Source: Alphaproteobacteria bacterium
Lineage (GTDB): Bacteria; Pseudomonadota; Alphaproteobacteria; GCA-2731375
DNA: 64,000 bases
Direction: 5' to 3'
Assembly: GCA_965232515.1 (NCBI GenBank)
Contig: CBDDPY010000002.1
Coordinates: forward strand, 2,560,001 to 2,624,000
Notes under the pieces: model-generated
Database searches by the model: none
Told to the model about the DNA's origin: nothing
What the model saw: only the letters and a program-made list of their open reading frames with translations
Made by a program: the position numbers and the translations under genes
Shown here: in pieces, positions 62,545 through 64,000 of the stretch
How positions within the stretch are numbered: the stretch's first letter is position 1
Layout of the letters: each line of letters opens with the position of its first letter

Positions 62545-62653
62545 ACACGGGCTTTGTGTCGGGGCGCACTTGCACTATAAAGCGCGCTTGTTCATGACAG
62601 TTTGAATTTGGGCGGTCCGAATCCGGGCCGCCCGGCACCGTGGGAGAAACGGT

Positions 62654-63451
62654 ATGTCCAAACCGCTTATGCCGAAAGCGACGGCCGTCTGGCTGGTCGA
62701 CAACACGTCGCTGACGTTCGAGCAGATCGCCGACTTCTGCGGCCTGCATCCGTTGGAAGTGAAGGGCATCGCCGACGGCGAGGTGGCGCAGGGCATCCAG
62801 GGCCTCGATCCTGTTGCGACGGGCCAGATCACGCGAGAGAACCTCGAGCGCAGCGTCGCCGACCCGAACATCATGTTGACCATGGAGAAGCCGCCGGTCG
62901 AGCTGCCGCCGACACGCGGCCGCGGCGGCCGGTACACGCCGCTCAGCAAACGCCAGGATCGGCCGAACGCCATTGCCTGGCTGCTGCGCAATCACCCCGA
63001 GTTGACCGACGCCCAGGTCGGCAAGCTGGTCGGCACGACGAAACCGACGATCCAGTCGATCCGCGACCGCTCGCACTGGAACATGCCGAACATCAAGCCG
63101 CAGGACCCGGTCACGCTCGGCCTGACCACGCAGGTCGATCTCGACGCGGCCGTGCAGAAGGCGCAGGAAAAGCTGCGGCGGCAACAGCTGAAGGAAGAAA
63201 AGGCGACTGCCAAGGCCAAGGCCGAGCAGTTGGCCGCCGCCGAGGCCGCCGGCATGCCGTCGACCCAGCCCGTGCCCGAACCGGAGCCCGAAGCCGAGGC
63301 CGCCACCGAAGCGCCCATCGAGCCCGCGCCGGCGGCCGATCCGCTTCTGGAAGAAGCGCCGGCGCCGAAGCCGGAAGAGCGGGAGCTGTCGGCCGAGGAT
63401 GTGTTCGGCGCCGCACCGCCCGAAGACAGCGGCGACGACGAACGCCCGTAG
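62654..63451 (+). CDS. trcR: DUF1013 family transcription regulator (TrcR-like)
   Basis: PLMPKATAVWLVDNTSLTFEQIADFCGLHPLEV, YTPLSKRQDRPNAIAW, GTTKPTI; acidic Pro-rich tail. Confidence 0.85.
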   Translation: MSKPLMPKATAVWLVDNTSLTFEQIADFCGLHPLEVKGIADGEVAQGIQGLDPVATGQITRENLERSVADPNIMLTMEKPPVELPPTRGRGGRYTPLSKRQDRPNAIAWLLRNHPELTDAQVGKLVGTTKPTIQSIRDRSHWNMPNIKPQDPVTLGLTTQVDLDAAVQKAQEKLRRQQLKEEKATAKAKAEQLAAAEAAGMPSTQPVPEPEPEAEAATEAPIEPAPAADPLLEEAPAPKPEERELSAEDVFGAAPPEDSGDDERP

Positions 63452-63589
63452 CGCCGATCCCGGCGACGGCCGGGCCATATCGACAAACGATCGACGACCG
63501 CTTGCCGCCACAAGGCGGCTGGCGTTCGCGCACGCCAGCGGGCAAAGTGCCCCTGCCGGAAAAATGGACCTGCGGGAGGAGAGGACACG

Positions 63590-64000
63590 ATGGCGCGGAT
63601 GACGGGCGGACGGGCGCTGGTCAAATCGATCATGGCGCATGGCGTAGATACCGTATTCGGTCTGCCCGGCGTCCAGATGGATCATTTCTTCAACGCCCTG
63701 CACGACGAAGGCAATGCGATCCGCGTCATCCAGACCCGGCATGAACAGGGCGCGGCCTACATGGCCTTCGGCTATGCCGCGGCCACCGGCAAGGTCGGCA
63801 CGTTCGCCGTGGTGCCGGGCCCGGGCCTGCTGAACACGACGGCTGCGCTGTCGACGGCCTATGGCTGCAACACGCCGGTGCTGGCGCTGACCGGCCAGAT
63901 CCCATCGGCCTATATCGGCCGCGGTCTCGGCATGCTGCACGAGATCCCGGACCAGCTGGCGCTGATCCGCGGCCTGACCAAATGGGCCGAGCGCATCGAG
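63590..64000 (+). CDS. Thiamine pyrophosphate-dependent enzyme (acetolactate synthase large subunit-like), truncated by window end
   Basis: Hand translation MARMTGGRALVKSIMAHGVDTVFGLPG...TRHEQGAAYMAFGYA...PGPGLLN; [12 protein letters not shown]; absent from the ORF track because no stop falls in the window. Confidence 0.9.
   Translation, partial: MARMTGGRALVKSIMAHGVDTVFGLPGVQMDHFFNALHDEGNAIRVIQTRHEQGAAYMAFGYAAATGKVGTFAVVPGPGLLNTTAALSTAYGCNTPVLALTGQIPSAYIGRGLGMLHEIPDQLALIRGLTKWAERIE

Overview
High-GC alphaproteobacterial chromosome segment; gene content and order suggest a Rhodospirillales-like lineage (inference). It is mostly core genome: rluD-rpoH, serC-serA-hisZ-purA, the yebC-ruvCAB-ybgC-tolQRAB-pal-cpoB-tilS-ftsH-folP-glmM-thiD superoperon, zauP-zapA-6S RNA-ygfA-ymdB, tkt-gap-pgk-fbaB-thiE, efp-suhB, rpmE, rcdA, two small heat-shock genes, metY and trcR. 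Two accessory patches (about 1-4.9 kb beside tRNA-Glu(CTC), and about 14.5-23.5 kb) carry regulators and catabolic enzymes. No integrase, transposase, prophage or CRISPR array was seen. The best candidate for an uncharacterised system is a three-gene envelope module at 50.7-54.6 kb: a Pro-rich OmpA-like protein, a MotA/TolQ/ExbB-type channel with a helical tail, and a MotB-like protein with a long coiled coil. It has ZorAB-like architecture but no flagellar or defence partners in this window. Other items missed by the ORF track or standard labels: a 27-aa membrane microprotein, a stand-alone degenerate chemoreceptor-tip protein, a truncated class II aldolase-like protein inside the glycolytic operon, a suhB/MmgR-like sRNA behind a perfect CtrA box facing an orphan terminator, a ROSE thermometer, and NrdR-, PhaR-, MocR-, TetR- and LysR-type operator motifs. 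All calls come from reading motifs by eye; no database searches were run.
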